A DNA stretch of 64,000 nucleotides. It comes from Lingula anatina. Lineage: Eukaryota; Animalia; Brachiopoda. The position numbers were made by a program, and so were the translations under genes. Under the pieces are notes generated by a model that did not search any database, was not told the DNA's origin, and saw nothing but the letters and a program-made list of their open reading frames with translations. Shown here piece after piece: positions 26,290-40,600 of this stretch (positions within the stretch are counted from its first letter, which is position 1; each line of letters begins with the position of its first letter). Location: positions 17,112,001 to 17,176,000 of the forward strand of contig CM120640.1 of NCBI GenBank assembly GCA_051362555.1. The letters run 5' to 3'.

Positions 26290-29200
26290 ATGATCCGTGT
26301 GTACAAGAGAGCTGTGCTATTTCTGGTGGTGGTGCTCTTGCTCCCTGTGATACTGCTCATATACCTAACCTTTGGAAGTGATAGTAAGTAGACAGTCTCA
26401 GAGGCTCTGTAGAGCTAAGTGTTAAGCAAAAACCTACTTTTTTGCAAGAGGCAAGTATTTAAATCACTTGGCAAGACTGACATATTGGCAAATCATGGAA
26501 AAATTTCCTAGAAAAGCAAAAAAAAAAGACAAAAAAAGGAGATTTGTTTTACTTGTAGCATAATATTGGAAGTGGAAGGGAGTCAGTGCCACATTGGATT
26601 ATTCAAAGTAAAAGAACTGAGTAGATTTTAAAAAACATCCCTTTGTCTGGAAAAATGTTTTATTGAACAATAAAATTATGAGTACAGAAATAAATTCAAC
26701 ATAATGCTATAGCCATAACTTAGATAAATAAAAAAATAAAATTAATTTGGGCCATATAGTCAAGCTGTTGTTGAAATAATACCATGAACTAATATACTTT
26801 TAATGAATATATTTCTTATTTAAAAGATTAGAAATACAAACAACAAGTTTTTTTAGATTTAGGGAAGGCTGATACTTGATACTGTTATCTGGAGAGTTTA
26901 CTGAAAATAAAAATCTAAAAATACAGCAGTATGTGGATTTAATTTGGTTTAAGGTAAAGCTCAGATTAACTTTAAAGTTGTTCAACTATCTATTAAAAAA
27001 TACTCAAATATTATAAATTGTTGCAGGATGTATATCATATTGAACTATCGTTTGAAAAACCCTGTCACATTGATAAATAATGAAAAGCTATTGAGTGAAA
27101 ATCCTTGAAACCTCTATCTTCATGACTGCATGCAAATTGCCATATTAAATACATCCTCAGCAAACACAAAGCTCTGTTTTTTCCCTGGTTGAATAACAGA
27201 GGTGTTATGTCTGTGTACACAGGTTTGTAACCTGTGGTCTTAATACAGATAGGCGTGGCACTTCTAGCATGATAATCCAATTAAGATAAATATTCTCCTT
27301 TTGGAAATAAATCTTGGCAAAGATTTGATCTGGATCTGCTAGATGACCCTGTGAGATCTTTGGCTGGTTAGACTGTGTTGTTAATGTGTAACAGAGACAT
27401 CTATATTAGATTACTGATCTTTCCGGCAGTTGTAGTTATTTGTCACTGGTTTGGTGTGGTTTCTAAGAGAAAGCCCAAAATAATGTTTTACTTATATTTT
27501 TTAACAAATAGAATTATGCACAAACCATTATATTCAGATCTACATTTTACTGCACTAATTTTTCATGAGCATTGTCATTTCAAGAGAGAGAACATTTGAA
27601 AAACAAGAACAAAAGAAGACCTTTTTCCTAAAGTATACTTGTTGGAAATATTTATATTTATAAAGTTATAACTATTATATTGTTAAAGGTTTAATTGTGT
27701 TAGAAAACTTTGTTTGTGACTCTAAACTGCTCTTTATTTGAAAAAAAAATGATGACCTAGTGCTATCCAGTGCTGGATGGTCAAAAGGGCATGGTACTTA
27801 GTGGTAAAAAGAGTAGTTGCTTGTTTTTTACTCCCCTTCCAAACAATGTATAATTTGTGTAGAACAGTTTCAATTTTCTGCCAAGTGATTAACCACAAAC
27901 CGGTTTCCTGTCTCTTTCATCCCAGTAACTTTTTGCTTGCCAGTTCTAAGGGAGAGGTCAATGAGATTAAACAAAGATACTGTTATGATATTTAATTTGT
28001 GTAACTAATGGGGCACAGTCACTTCCTAGATAAAGAATTTTAGTGGCTTTTCATACATGATAAAAATGCCAGTATATTAGTTTATTCAATATTACTTGTC
28101 CATTCTGAAAAAAAACATTGACACACACACACATATATATCACATGAAGATGTTAGGTCAAAAAGATAGTTAATGTTCTAAAAAGAAAATATGTTTTATC
28201 TCAGCTTTTATCAAGGAAGTAGACTGGTGATTCCTACTGATCGTTGAAAATGATAATTCTGCAAGGTCACATCCATACAGAAATGAATTGGAATGAAGTA
28301 TTTTATCCATTTGAGTTCAACATCAGCTCCTTTGAAGTTTTAAATAAGATATCAAGTTTCTGAACTTGAAAATTGGACTCGTATGGAAAAGAGGTAGTGA
28401 CTTTAAAGCTGAAGCAGTTGCTAAAAAAACACCCTATTCCAAGATTATATTTTTCTGTAATTTTTATGTAGTATATTTATTTGTTTTTGTTGATTGACAA
28501 AAACCTAGTATTTCAAAGGGATCAAGCATGCTTTTCAGAACTTCAAAATTACTGAATTTTTTAGGGGTACAAGCAACAAAATGTTGCTGGAAAAAAATAT
28601 CACATTTGATGAAAGAAATCTATTGGCATGAATATCTTAGCTTGGTAATTGGAGCCATTGATTTCTTATCTTGTGGTTTTACTCCATTTTCTGTTAAAAG
28701 CTGTTGTCTTGGAATACCTCCATTTGAATTTTTTATCACAGTACTCTTGCCTTGCAGCCATATATGAGGGTAAAAAGCAGCGTGACCTTATGGGGTTTAC
28801 AGATCGTGAGGCACGGCTAGCAGATAGAGTGCGTGAGGTGGAACAACAGAACCAGATGCTGAGGAGACAGTTGAGGTAATGAGTAACAGGCAGCATTGCC
28901 AGGGATTGCATTCTTTTTCTAATTTTGGAAAGAAAAAAATTATTTAATTTTGTCAAGCGAACTGGTAGCAGCTTGACAAAATTATTTAATTTTGTCAAGC
29001 TGCTACCAGTTCGCTTGTAGTGATGGAGAAAACTGCAGAGTTTCAATCATTTATTTAGTTGCTTTCAGAATAGACATTTTATTTTGGGATGAATTATGAG
29101 AAGGAATTTCATGAATTGGGTCTTTGTGTCAGTTTTTTACAAACAATGTGTTAGGGGCTACATGCTTTATTTTATAAATTTTGTGGATCTCTACAATGTA

Positions 29201-31179
29201 GTTTCCCATATACTTCCTGAGTTAGTTAGCATTAGGTGAATATTTATTGTTGCATCATCCATCATATATCAAAATTTAAACTTTTGATAACTTCAACCAG
29301 CTCTGTTTGTTTTTACCCTTCTATTGGGCCACAGTCAGCTGGTGGTACATACCCAGGAGGGAGTGCCTCTCTGATCCTTAAACAGTTGTTGTGATTTTTT
29401 CAGTGTCTCTCAAAATCAGTTAATGAACTACCAGAACAGTCTGGTGATGGACAATGAGACTGGGATATCTTTGATCAATGGAGAAAATGGGAGACCAGTC
29501 CGCTGCAATAACCCTGAACCTGAAGTGCCAAAATGTGAAGTAAGTCAATCAGATACTGTTATTACAGAAAATAATAATAATAGTATTAATAACAATATCA
29601 GTTGATGGTGTTAATGAAGGTTGACAAAACAAGAAATACTTTTTTAATTTTAAAAACAATTTTACATTGGATTTTCACAAATCTATCAGGCAACCTTACA
29701 AGTAGTTTATGATCGAGAAGATTTAATCTAGGAAATGAGATATGAACAGAACTTGTCATAATGCAGTGCTTGGTTAATCAATTGCACACTTTGATGCTGC
29801 AGTATCTTGAATATATGGAAACCATATTTCATATACTGAGTGCCCTTGTAGTTCATTCTTATATCAGGTCTATATTTGTGATTAATGTATATTTTATAGA
29901 TGTTCACTGTATTGTCTTTCCAGGTAATCCATGTGTCCATAGTGTGTGCAGGCTATAATTCCACTAGGAATGTGATCACACTTATAAAAAGTATTCTCTT
30001 CAACAGAAAGCATCCTCTTCACTTCCATTTCATCTCTGATGGTGCTGCCAAGACAATCTTACAGACACTTTTCGACTCCTGGAGTGTGCCAGGGGGTAAG
30101 TTTGACAAAATTGAATACAACCCGATTTATTTGGCGGGTACAGCTCCATTGCAGATGTTCTGAATACTTTTTGTGTTGCTTTATTTGAAGGCAAAAATTG
30201 ATTGCATGTCTAGAAAATTTTGTTACCTGCCTTGCATTGAAATGTAATTTGTAATTTTTTAAAAAGTTGTATTTTCTGGACTTTTATTGTATATTGGTGT
30301 GTCTTTTTTCAGATTTAGCTGTTGTTTTATTAACTTGGCAATGGTTTTGGGCAATAGGTGAAAACACAACTTGACTTACGAACTGCATTTTTATGTCACC
30401 AGTTGCATAGTTTGTACTTGAGTTTGAATATGTTATTTTCAAATTATTTTTGCAGTGCAGGTGAGCTTTTATCTTGCGGATGACAAACTAAAGGTTGGTT
30501 TCTCTGCCTATTTTTCTGTTTTAGCCAATTGGTGACTTTGTAAATATTGAACTGACAAACATGGCAAAAGATTATTATGTTGCCAAATATACTTAGAAAA
30601 TTATATCAGTATTAAAGTTACAGTATATGGTATCAGAAATGTAAGCATTTGTCTCCACTGCTGTGGGAAACTTTAAAGTACTTTAAGTACTAAAGTAAGA
30701 AAAACATATCCTCTTTTTTTTTTCCAGGCTGAAGTGGCTTGGATACCCAATAAACACTACTCTGGAGTTTTTGGTTTGCTAAAACTTCTACTTCCTAATA
30801 CTTTGCCTACATTTCTAGACAAGGTAAGCAGGCATGAAACAGAAGTCATTCTTTATTCAGTTTCATGCCACCATAAAGATTATGAATTCATAATGAACCA
30901 GATCTGAAAACTGTATTTTTTACTATTAACTGTAATGTTACACTGTCTATTTAAAAGTGCAATATGTATTATTTTTACTTGCCTTTTACAAACACATTTG
31001 TAGTGATTAAAATTCTGAACTATAGAGAACTTGTTTAAAAACTATTAAAATTTTCCCATTCCAGGTGATTGTTTTAGACACAGACGTAACTTTTGCAACT
31101 GATATAGCAGAATTATGGAAAATATTCTCAAAATTTAAGAGTAAGCAGGTGAGAAATCAACAATTCCTTCTCAGCATAA

Positions 31180-31269
<90 letters not shown>

Positions 31270-34200
31270 GGGGGGGGGGGGGGTGACAGATGAATGAAAA
31301 TAAAATTCATTCCTTGCAGACTTGTCAACCTGTAGTTAAAATTTTGATAAGTGCAATCTAAATATACTTGCAGGCCATTGGTTTGGTAGAAAACCAAAGT
31401 GACTGGTATCTTGGAAAGTTGTGGAAAAACCATCATCCCTGGCCGGCCCTGGTTAGTACTATCAAAAAACACTCAAGAAATATGTAACCTGTATGTCAGG
31501 TTTTAATAATTTGGGGTATGTGTTTCTTGCAAATGGGGAAATTGCATATTAATTTTCTTTTCTAGAAATAAAGTTGGTTAATTTCACACTGGCAAGGTAT
31601 TATGTGGAAAAAAATTAATTGAAAATTACACTTATCCAGTGAATATTTAATATGCCACCATAAGTTGCTTATGGAATGAACGGGTCAAGTAAGCAGGTTG
31701 TTGGTTAATATAATTGAAGTAAGTATTTTCTTTCTATAGGGTAGAGGTTTTAACACGGGTGTGATATTACTTGATCTCCAAAAGTTGCGTGAATACAACT
31801 GGTCACAAATGTGGAAAATGGTGGCAGAGAAAGAACTGATGAGTTTACTGTCCACAGCATTAGCAGATCAGGTAAGGAAATAATAAGCAATAAGCTAGAT
31901 CTTCAGTGCTTGGGTTTTGAATTGGGGTCATAGTGTAGCTTCTCTGGGAAGGGAGAAGTATATTGGACATATATAGGTAAACTGAAACTATATATAGACC
32001 ATTAGAAGGATGTAAAAATACAGTAACGGTGTTAATTGGCCTGTGTGAGAAATGACTGCAATTGTCATTGGCATTTTCTAGTTATCTAGCTCTTTGCTCA
32101 AATAAATGTACATTAGAGAATTCCATCAACAGCTGTATACATATACTATACATTATCTCAATGGTCATGTGCAGGTGGAATGCTACCAATGTTCAGCAAT
32201 ATTTTTTATATTCTCTCTTTCTACTGCTAATGCCTAACTGGCACTTTTCTATGTATAATCTTTTTATCAACCCAATGTCACTCTTGTTCATATATTTTTA
32301 GCCATCGATGTAGTTTAATAATGTTAAAATACCATTTGCTCATTGTAGGATATTTTCAATGCAGTATTAAAGCAGAACCCATATTTAATCTACCATCTCC
32401 CATGTGAGTGGAATATTCAGCTTAGTGATCACACCAAAAGTCATGCACTCTGCTACAGTGAAGTGTCTGACCTGAAGGTAAGCACAGAAGTAACCAAAAG
32501 AGAAAGTTTGATTAGACATGTAAATGATCAGTGATTGAATAGAGCTTAGCAAACTATTTTTAGTATAAAATTTATTTATTTATTCGGATATTTTTTTTAA
32601 TTTATGATATTTAATAGAAATTGGAAAATGCACCATTTTTAATCAAAATTATTAATTGCTCTTTATTTGTTGCTCTTTAGACTTTTATTACAGCTTTTTG
32701 TGTCATGGCATTTTGCTGCACTATTTTATGATACATGTCCATTATATTTCTGGACAAATGATATTACATTATTGATATGATATTACATTTTTATCTAAAA
32801 TAAATGCTGGGTACTTAAAAGTTGAGTGCAGTGCATTTATAGATATTTTGTGGTGTTCTTTCAGATAATTCATTGGAATTCTCCAGTCAAACTACTGGTG
32901 AAGAACAAGCATGTTGAGTTCTTCAGGAATCTTCACCTCACTTTTTTGGAATATGACGGCAACTTGCTCAGGAGAGAGCTCTTTGGTTGTGCTACCTCTA
33001 CACCCAATGAATTGGACAGCAAAGTAAATAGAAAATAAACATCAAAATGACAATGTTCCCTGCTGTCATGTTGAACAACTGTAATATTTTGATTTCACAG
33101 TTGATAACATGATGTTGACATTAATAATCAGTTTGGCAGCAAGCATTTCACATTATTCACAGTAGTCATGATAATGAAGTGTGCAGTTGTCTGCGCCTAT
33201 GTTTGTGGACTAGATTGATGTTTTATGAATGTTTGATTATTTTATTTAACTATATTACTTTTCATAAAACAGCAATAATAAGAATAATATGGTTTATATC
33301 AACTTAAATCACCACTTGATATTCCCCAGCTTGTTGCAATCAACGAAGATGACGAATGCTACGAATTTCGTCGCCAAGGTGCCCTGGTCCTAAGGACCCA
33401 CTTGTATTACATCGACTACGACTACACCCCGTCCGCTGATGATGTGACCCTGGTGGCCCAGCTGAGTATGGACAGACTGCAGATGTTGGAGGCTATATGT
33501 AAGCACTGGGAAGGCCCAATAAGCCTGGCTCTGTATATGTCAGATGCTGAGGCACAGGCTTTCCTTAGATATGCTTTAGGATCCGATACCCTCATGGCCA
33601 GGAAGAATATAGGATATCATGTGGTTTATAAGGATGGGGTGAGTGTAATATTAGTTATTAACAAGATGTTATTTGTTTGGATATAACGTTGTGATTATGT
33701 AAGTATTTCGCAAGTGTTTATAGTCAGGGAAAAGTACCTGGTTTATCATTTTCCATCTGAAAAGACAACAAATCACTAACAATGATTACTGTGATTTTTC
33801 TTTTCAGCAATTCTTCCCAGTAAACTACCTGCGCAATGTAGCAGTGCGTCAGGTGAACACTCCATACATGTTCCTCTCAGACATCGATTTCCTACCCATG
33901 TATGGTCTGTACGACTATTTAAAGAAAGCCACGTCCATGATGGATATCACGGTGGAGAAGAAAGCACTGATAGTGCCAGCCTTTGAGACACAGAGGTATA
34001 GACTGACATTCCCAAAGTCAAAAGCAGACCTGTTGTCCATGTTGGATATGGCAACATTGTTTACATTTAGGTAAGTGAAGTAGGCAGTGACATGTAAGAA
34101 ATTGATAGCACTTTGTTTATTGCCCTTCAGAAACATGGAATTGGTCAAGAGTTTACTGTCAGTGCTGGCAGTGGGATTGGTTTAATTGGTTTCTCAGCAA

Positions 34201-35446
34201 CTTTTTTTCTTAAAAATGAAGTAAAAGTTTATTTTGAAAAAAAAATATTATAATTGAAGTCACCTCAGCAAGTGCAATATTTAAGTTTTGCAGACCTGAT
34301 GGTTAAATATACCCTATAGTTAATCCTGTTTTAGATTCCATGTGTGGCCTCAAGGACATGCACCAACAAATTTTGCTAAATGGAGAAGTGCTACTACACC
34401 TTACAAGGTAGGGATGGTTTCATACCGTAAGTCTCTTTTTATGACAGCAGATGCTGATGCAAAACTTATGTACATTTCCAAATAAAGCAGTAAGAAAATT
34501 CCATAAAAACAAAGTTTTGTTGCAAAAATTGCACTGTTTCTCAAAAACATTTTTTTTTCTTTATAGGTAAGCTGGGAATCCGATTTTGAGCCTTATGTGG
34601 TTGTGAGTTCAAATATCACAGACTATGATCAAAGATTTGTTGGGTTTGGATGGAATAAAGTGTCACATATCATGGAATTGGATGCTCAGGGGTAAGTAAA
34701 ATAATTTGAAATATGTTTTGAAAGAGCAGATTGATGTTAATAGTGGAAACAAAATATTATGATATTTACTACTGTCAACAAAAGAGGTTATTTTTTATCA
34801 TTATTGGTTTGTAAAGATCTCTAAAAATGTATTTACAAATTTTGATGTTATTTTAAGGATACCTATTCAGGTTGGAAAGAACTGATTTTAGTATCAATTA
34901 ATTCAATTCTTTATATTGATACTTTAAAGCTTATATCAGAATATTTATCATAAAGAATTTATCTTGACAGAGATATCTGCTCATGTAAGAAATGAATAAC
35001 GCCCAGATCTGCATTAAACCTTTACCTTATCCAACTTGATTTTTTTTACAGGTATGAATTTGTTGTACTGCCCAATGCATTTATCATCCACATGCCACAT
35101 GCTCCAAGTTTTGACATAGCCAAGTTCAGATCAAGCTCTCTATACAGGAAGTAAGTCATAATGTTGAGACTTAAAACTTCACACATAATGGTGCAAATTT
35201 CTATCAACACTAAGAGAACTGAAAAATTTGTATACTGATAAAACAGGCCAAAGATAGTCATTGAACACTTACTAGCAGAATTTCATTGTGTCAAAATTAT
35301 TCAGAGAATAAGAAGTAAGAATTTATATTAACATTTACCCTTTTTTTTATTTCAGGTGCCTAAAGACGTTAAAAGGTGAATTTCAAAGAGACCTGTCAAG
35401 AAAGTATGGGATCAAGGCTCTAAAATATTTATCAGTGGAGAGGTAG
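26290..35446 (+). CDS. LARGE: LARGE xylosyl- and glucuronyltransferase (GT8 + GT49), type II membrane protein, 17 coding exons, ~731 aa
   Basis: Exons 26290-26383 (signal anchor [26 protein letters not shown]), 28758-28875 (coiled coil [16 protein letters not shown]), 29404-29539, 29924-30095, 30456-30493, 30728-30823 (WIPNKHYSG), 31065-31148 (VLDTD DxD), 31374-31451, 31740-31871, 32349-32477, 32865-33023, 33330-33638 ([15 protein letters not shown]), 33808-34070 (FLSDIDF DxD), 34335-34407, 34567-34691, 35052-35150, 35356-35446. All phases are consistent. Confidence 0.96.
28954..29017. repeat. Perfect 31-bp inverted repeat with 2-nt spacer
   Basis: CAAGCGAACTGGTAGCAGCTTGACAAAATTA-TT-TAATTTTGTCAAGCTGCTACCAGTTCGCTTG. 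Confidence 0.95.
31182..31283. repeat. (TG)n microsatellite followed by poly-G
   Basis: Read directly; lies in a LARGE intron. Confidence 0.95.
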
Positions 35447-36439
35447 CATTCAGCTGTAATGGGGCAGATGAAATCACAAAACAAGATGTGCACAGTGGCC
35501 ATGTCATTTTATGTCTATTTACTCCTATTGCAGAGTTTGTGTCAAACATGTTTATTAAGAAATGTCACCAAGCATTTTAAACCTATTTTTGCCACAATCA
35601 GTATCGAATGTCACAAACGTAGATCAGAAGACTAGGAAGTCAAGGAGATTATACGCAATGGAATACAGAAATAAAACTAATTAAATTCTTATGAGAACTT
35701 TTTCAAGTTGTATGGTATAAATTTTAAAACTAGTCATAGAATAAAAGATTCAGCTACAGAATGGGACTTGGAGCCAATGGTGTAAGTTATAAATGTGGCC
35801 TGTGTTTTACATTTTCTCAAGCATCATGCCAAAGCCTAGCTGGACTCTAGGCATCGAGTAACTGTCTATACTGAAGAAGCATTCTGTAATACAACAAACA
35901 AAAATTGTACTTAGAAGCAATAAGTTTTTATTGGAGAATTATAGCGCAAATCGTTTTGGGACCGAGTATATTTTGTAATTGGGTCCATGGAGAAAGGACC
36001 AATATTTTGTAGTCACACAGTCTTTTTGGGTTAAGATTATTTTAAACCACTCCCATTGTATAGAAATCCTTTGATATTGGACTGATTCTATGGCAGTGTG
36101 ATAGCCATTATTAATTGGGATACCCTTGTGCTTTAAATCATGTGCCAGATCATTATTTATTATGACAACCTTCGTGCTAAATTAATCTGAATAGACTAGT
36201 ATATATCACTATAGTATTTTTTCAGATTAGGTACTGTAATGTATGCAATCAAAATCATGTGACATGAAAGATTTATAAATTATACCTTTACTTTTGGTTA
36301 AAATACAAGTTTCCACACATTTCACTTTATATATATGTATGTAAGGTAGTCTAGTGTATTCTTCTGTTTATTTAACATGCTATGATAATATTCAAGGTCC
36401 TTTGTTACCAGTTGGAGACAAAGGGAGGTTGACCTTGGA

Positions 36440-36470
<31 letters not shown>

Positions 36471-37613
36471 GTTCATTGGAGGCATGCTTCTGTGAAGTCT
36501 GCATAAGGTCTGTAAATATATATATATATATATATATATCTATAAAAGTGAAATTGTTGTTTGATTGCAAGTCTTGATCACGACATTACCCTTGCAACCA
36601 GGTGAACATGCATTTAAATTACTTACATCCAAATAAAAAGATACCAATCTCTTATAATTTTTATAGCTGAGCAAAAGTGTTGTCATGTCATGGATGATGT
36701 AAATTTTTCGTTTTTTAAATCTTTTATATGCTTCAGCTGATCCAGGAACCTTGTTCACATGCTATGCTTGTGAACTAATATAAGAGGAAGAGTATAAACA
36801 GAAAGCATCTTGTGTAACTATTAAATTTTTTTCTTGGTAGCAGTGGTCTAAAATCGAGAAATTGACCCATTTTGTCAATTTATTAAAAATTGTAGACTTG
36901 GAAAAAGTGGATCCCATTTTCAAAACTTTAACACATGTAATAAGACACTCAAATTCTGGTTTATTTTGGAATACATCACTACAAAATGTTAAATGTCTTT
37001 GCAATATGATAATTCCCCATCATTCAGATGGTTTCCCTGAATGAAAAGAAAAAAAAAATTTACTTCTTAATGTGATAACCTTTACATTCTTCTTTTTTAA
37101 TAGTATCATTCTATCATTTGTAACTTAAAACACCAATCATCAGTTATAAGGTAAGCTTTAAAACTACGAATTCCACCAGCTGTGGAATGTCTTTCCCTTT
37201 AACAACGGCTACATTGTTTCGTTTTACTACAAATATCTACGTTGTTGGAGTAATACCTGATAGACAACTTTAACAAATACACCTACTTCATCTGCAGTAC
37301 TTAACATATCTAAAAAAATCTATTCATTGTTACATCTTGTTCTGGTTGGACAAAGACAACATGTGTCATCATTTGCAAGAGTCCAACAAACCAGTCACTT
37401 GCATCTGTTAAGCAGACTCCTACATCAGCAGTCTGCAACATTAACACTGGTCTACCACGTCAAATACCATTAAAATTTAAGCAGAGCATATAAAATTGTG
37501 TGAATATGATCAGTTACAAGCCACTATTTCTACTTTTGATCAATTGATTCCTTGACAAAGGCATCTCTAAGGGCCTGCAGGCTTATAAAAAATTGGCCAC
37601 ATACTGCATCATT

Positions 37614-40600
37614 TTAAAATATATAAGGATCATCAGAGTTGTAATCTAAATCTGCCATGTTCATCAAGTACTCGTATTCATCCTCGTAATCAAAATCTGA
37701 TTCATCAGAGTATCTGCTGCTAAAAAACCTTCCACGAGATAAGTCTAGATGTGGTATGTCTATGGTCTCTCTCCCATTCCTGAAAGGACCTGGTGATTTC
37801 TTAACTGGTGGCACTGGTTTCCTGGTTTTCAGTTTCATTTCTTTGTGTGCACTGATGGCAGAAGTTATGTATGTCTCTACAAACCGATCATAGCAGTGCA
37901 AGTTCGTCCAAGTCTTTGTCCATGGGTCATAGAGCTCAAGACTAGGAAATCCAAGTTTCCTGGGACTACAGCTGCCCACTCTATCGCTGAAGTACTCCAC
38001 ACTTGGGACGCCTCCCACAGCACACAGCAGGTTATTGTATGTGGTCAAAGCTACACCTAGTCTCTCATAGTTCATACTGGGAACTGCCATCCATCTGAGA
38101 GGTAAAAAATAGAAGGATAACAGTATCCTTTTGCTCTGATGATAGTTATGACTTAAATAAGTATATTTCTTCTTATTAATTTTTGGTTTCTTATCATTTC
38201 TGTTAGTGTAACTTGCATTGCTTAAGAACAAAAGAGCTCTATATCTTACAGGAAGGCTTCTTTTGGTGTTAAAAAGAAAGCTTTTATTCCTGCCATTGCT
38301 AAATACCATGTTAAGTATCCCACATAAAACGTTCATGTTACCCACCTATCCATCCTAGGTTCATAGCATTCCACGCTATTCAGTATTCTGTGGTCATCGT
38401 ACCCTCCAGCTGCAAACAAACACTCATCGTACATCAGGAGCCCGTGTCCACGTCGGGGCTTGTCGAGTGAAGAGACGGCTGTCCACTTGCCTTCCCTGGG
38501 ATCATAAGCCTCAGCCTGGTTCAGGGACATGGCTGTTGCTGTCACAACTGTGGGGGCGGCAAATACAGCCCTCCTGTGAGACATGTTACCTTTTTGAACT
38601 GTAAAATAAATCAAAGATCTTAAAAATTCATGTTACATCTGTTCGTGTACAAAAGGTTAACACTGAGCTCAACTTTCCTTCCCTTTTCCACTCCCACTCC
38701 CCTAATTTGTGTAAATCTTTGTATAAAGCATTTTTTCTTCATTAACACTACACCAATTACTCACCCGTGGTGTCAGGATTTTCCTCCACAAGAAGCTGAC
38801 TTCCACCAACAACATAAAGCCTGCCATTCAATGCAGCAGCTCTGGCACAGCTCCTGGGAGTCATCAAGGCTGGGACATCAGAGAGAACCTGACCCAAGTT
38901 CATATCCACAGCTTCTACCAATTCTGGCATGTATAACACCCGTTTGGTATGGTAACCATAGGAGCGGCAAGTACTTACTGGTAAAGCACCCCCAACAATA
39001 TACAATCTGTCATTTAAAACAGCAGCCCCAGCATCCACTTTAGGCTGCTCCAGTGTTATGTTGTCCGAACCACCTGCATGGAGTATTCTGAGGCTGCGAC
39101 CGGAATTAGGATCCTTACAAAATGCCCCTTTCCAATTGTTCTTGTATGTATCAGTGTCTCTGGTCCCCCCAGCAAAGTATATGTTGTCATTGTGGAGGGT
39201 AAATGTGGACAGAAGCCTGCTGGAATTCAAGGGTTTGTGTTGTACATCCGGAAACAAACTACTGAAAGTGGGACTGTTTCTGAAAGTGGCACTTCCAATC
39301 CGCAAGTTGGGTTGGATGTCATATATCTTTCTATTGGAAAACCATTCCCCTTGGATTACAGCGTTTATCACTTCATTGCTCTGTGAAGTGTCCCTAGTGC
39401 TTAGTCCTTGTGCATGCATATCCCTAAGAGAAGTATCCAGTGACTGGTACACTTCAGTAGCTGCCAACAAAGGGTGATCATCATAAAAAGCCTCCAGACT
39501 CTTAGGTGTCATTGCTTTGATACCTGCAAGTGTAAGAAATTCCTGAGTATACTGTATATGGTCTGTCATATCTGATTCTATCCACTGCACCACTGAATGG
39601 AGGATCTCTGGTTTCACTTGGCAACTCTGGTGAGAATAAGTCTCCAAAAGGTGGCGCATCCTGTCCACCGAGGCATGGACGAGAAACTCTTCCTCCTGCA
39701 ACACCTCCTGGCACCTGGACTGCAGGATTTCCTCAGCAGCTTTGTACAGACTTGTACAGTCATGGAGTTTGGCAAATTCCAGCACACCAAGGCAATTGTG
39801 GGGACCCAGCTCATTCTGCATGAACAGGGCACAGGCCTCCTTCAGAGAGTGGAGCTGCAGGAAGGAAGCAGCAGCTAGGAGACTTTCAACATTGCCTGCA
39901 CCTATCTTGAGTTTTCTGGTGTATGCATATTCAACTAGAATCTTCACTGCCTGGGCATCAAGTCCATGCAGGTCTATCTCTGCTTCATTTTTGTTATACA
40001 ACTCTGAAGTAAATAAGGCTTCAAAATATGGAGACATGGCAGCTAAGACTATGGTGTGGGCTGAAATACGCAAACCTTCGACAACAAGGGTGACATCACA
40101 AAGAATGTTCTTCTTCCAATTCTCATACAATTTTGTAGACACTTGCTTGACATCTTCACTAAAATGAAACATAGACGAGCTAGAATCATTTCCCCCCGTA
40201 TTGGAGTCCACAGAAGTTTCTGCTGTGCCATCTTCTTCTTCTTTTTCTTCTTCATCTGTAGCTTGTGCCATACTGGTCCAACAGTCTGCATCTGGTGGAA
40301 ACTGAAATTTAGAATTCATATCCATAATGTCTCTTTACAGAGTCTTAGTAAAGATATGCAGATGACTACCTTTTAAAAAAATCCCTATGGGTTAATGCTC
40401 CTTTGCCCAATTAAGAGTACTTAAAAACTAACCATTTTGCAGTAATAAAGATACAACAGTCCCCATGCAAATCAAATACATGTTATAGCTGATGCTACAT
40501 ATCACTAAAAAAACCAATAGCTTCTCGGTACATGTATACAATTTGCAATGTTAAGTTGATATTAGTTAATAAACAGACAACTGTGCAATATACCTCTGGT

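Noticed and set aside
40302-40325. Stand-alone KLHL gene starting at ATG 40325
   Set aside because: Not excluded, but there is no promoter-like CpG patch, a good phase-0 acceptor lies 24 nt downstream, and the KH exons have no other terminal exon.
39058-40376. Antisense ORFs over the BTB-Kelch exon
   Set aside because: Shadow ORFs of real coding sequence.
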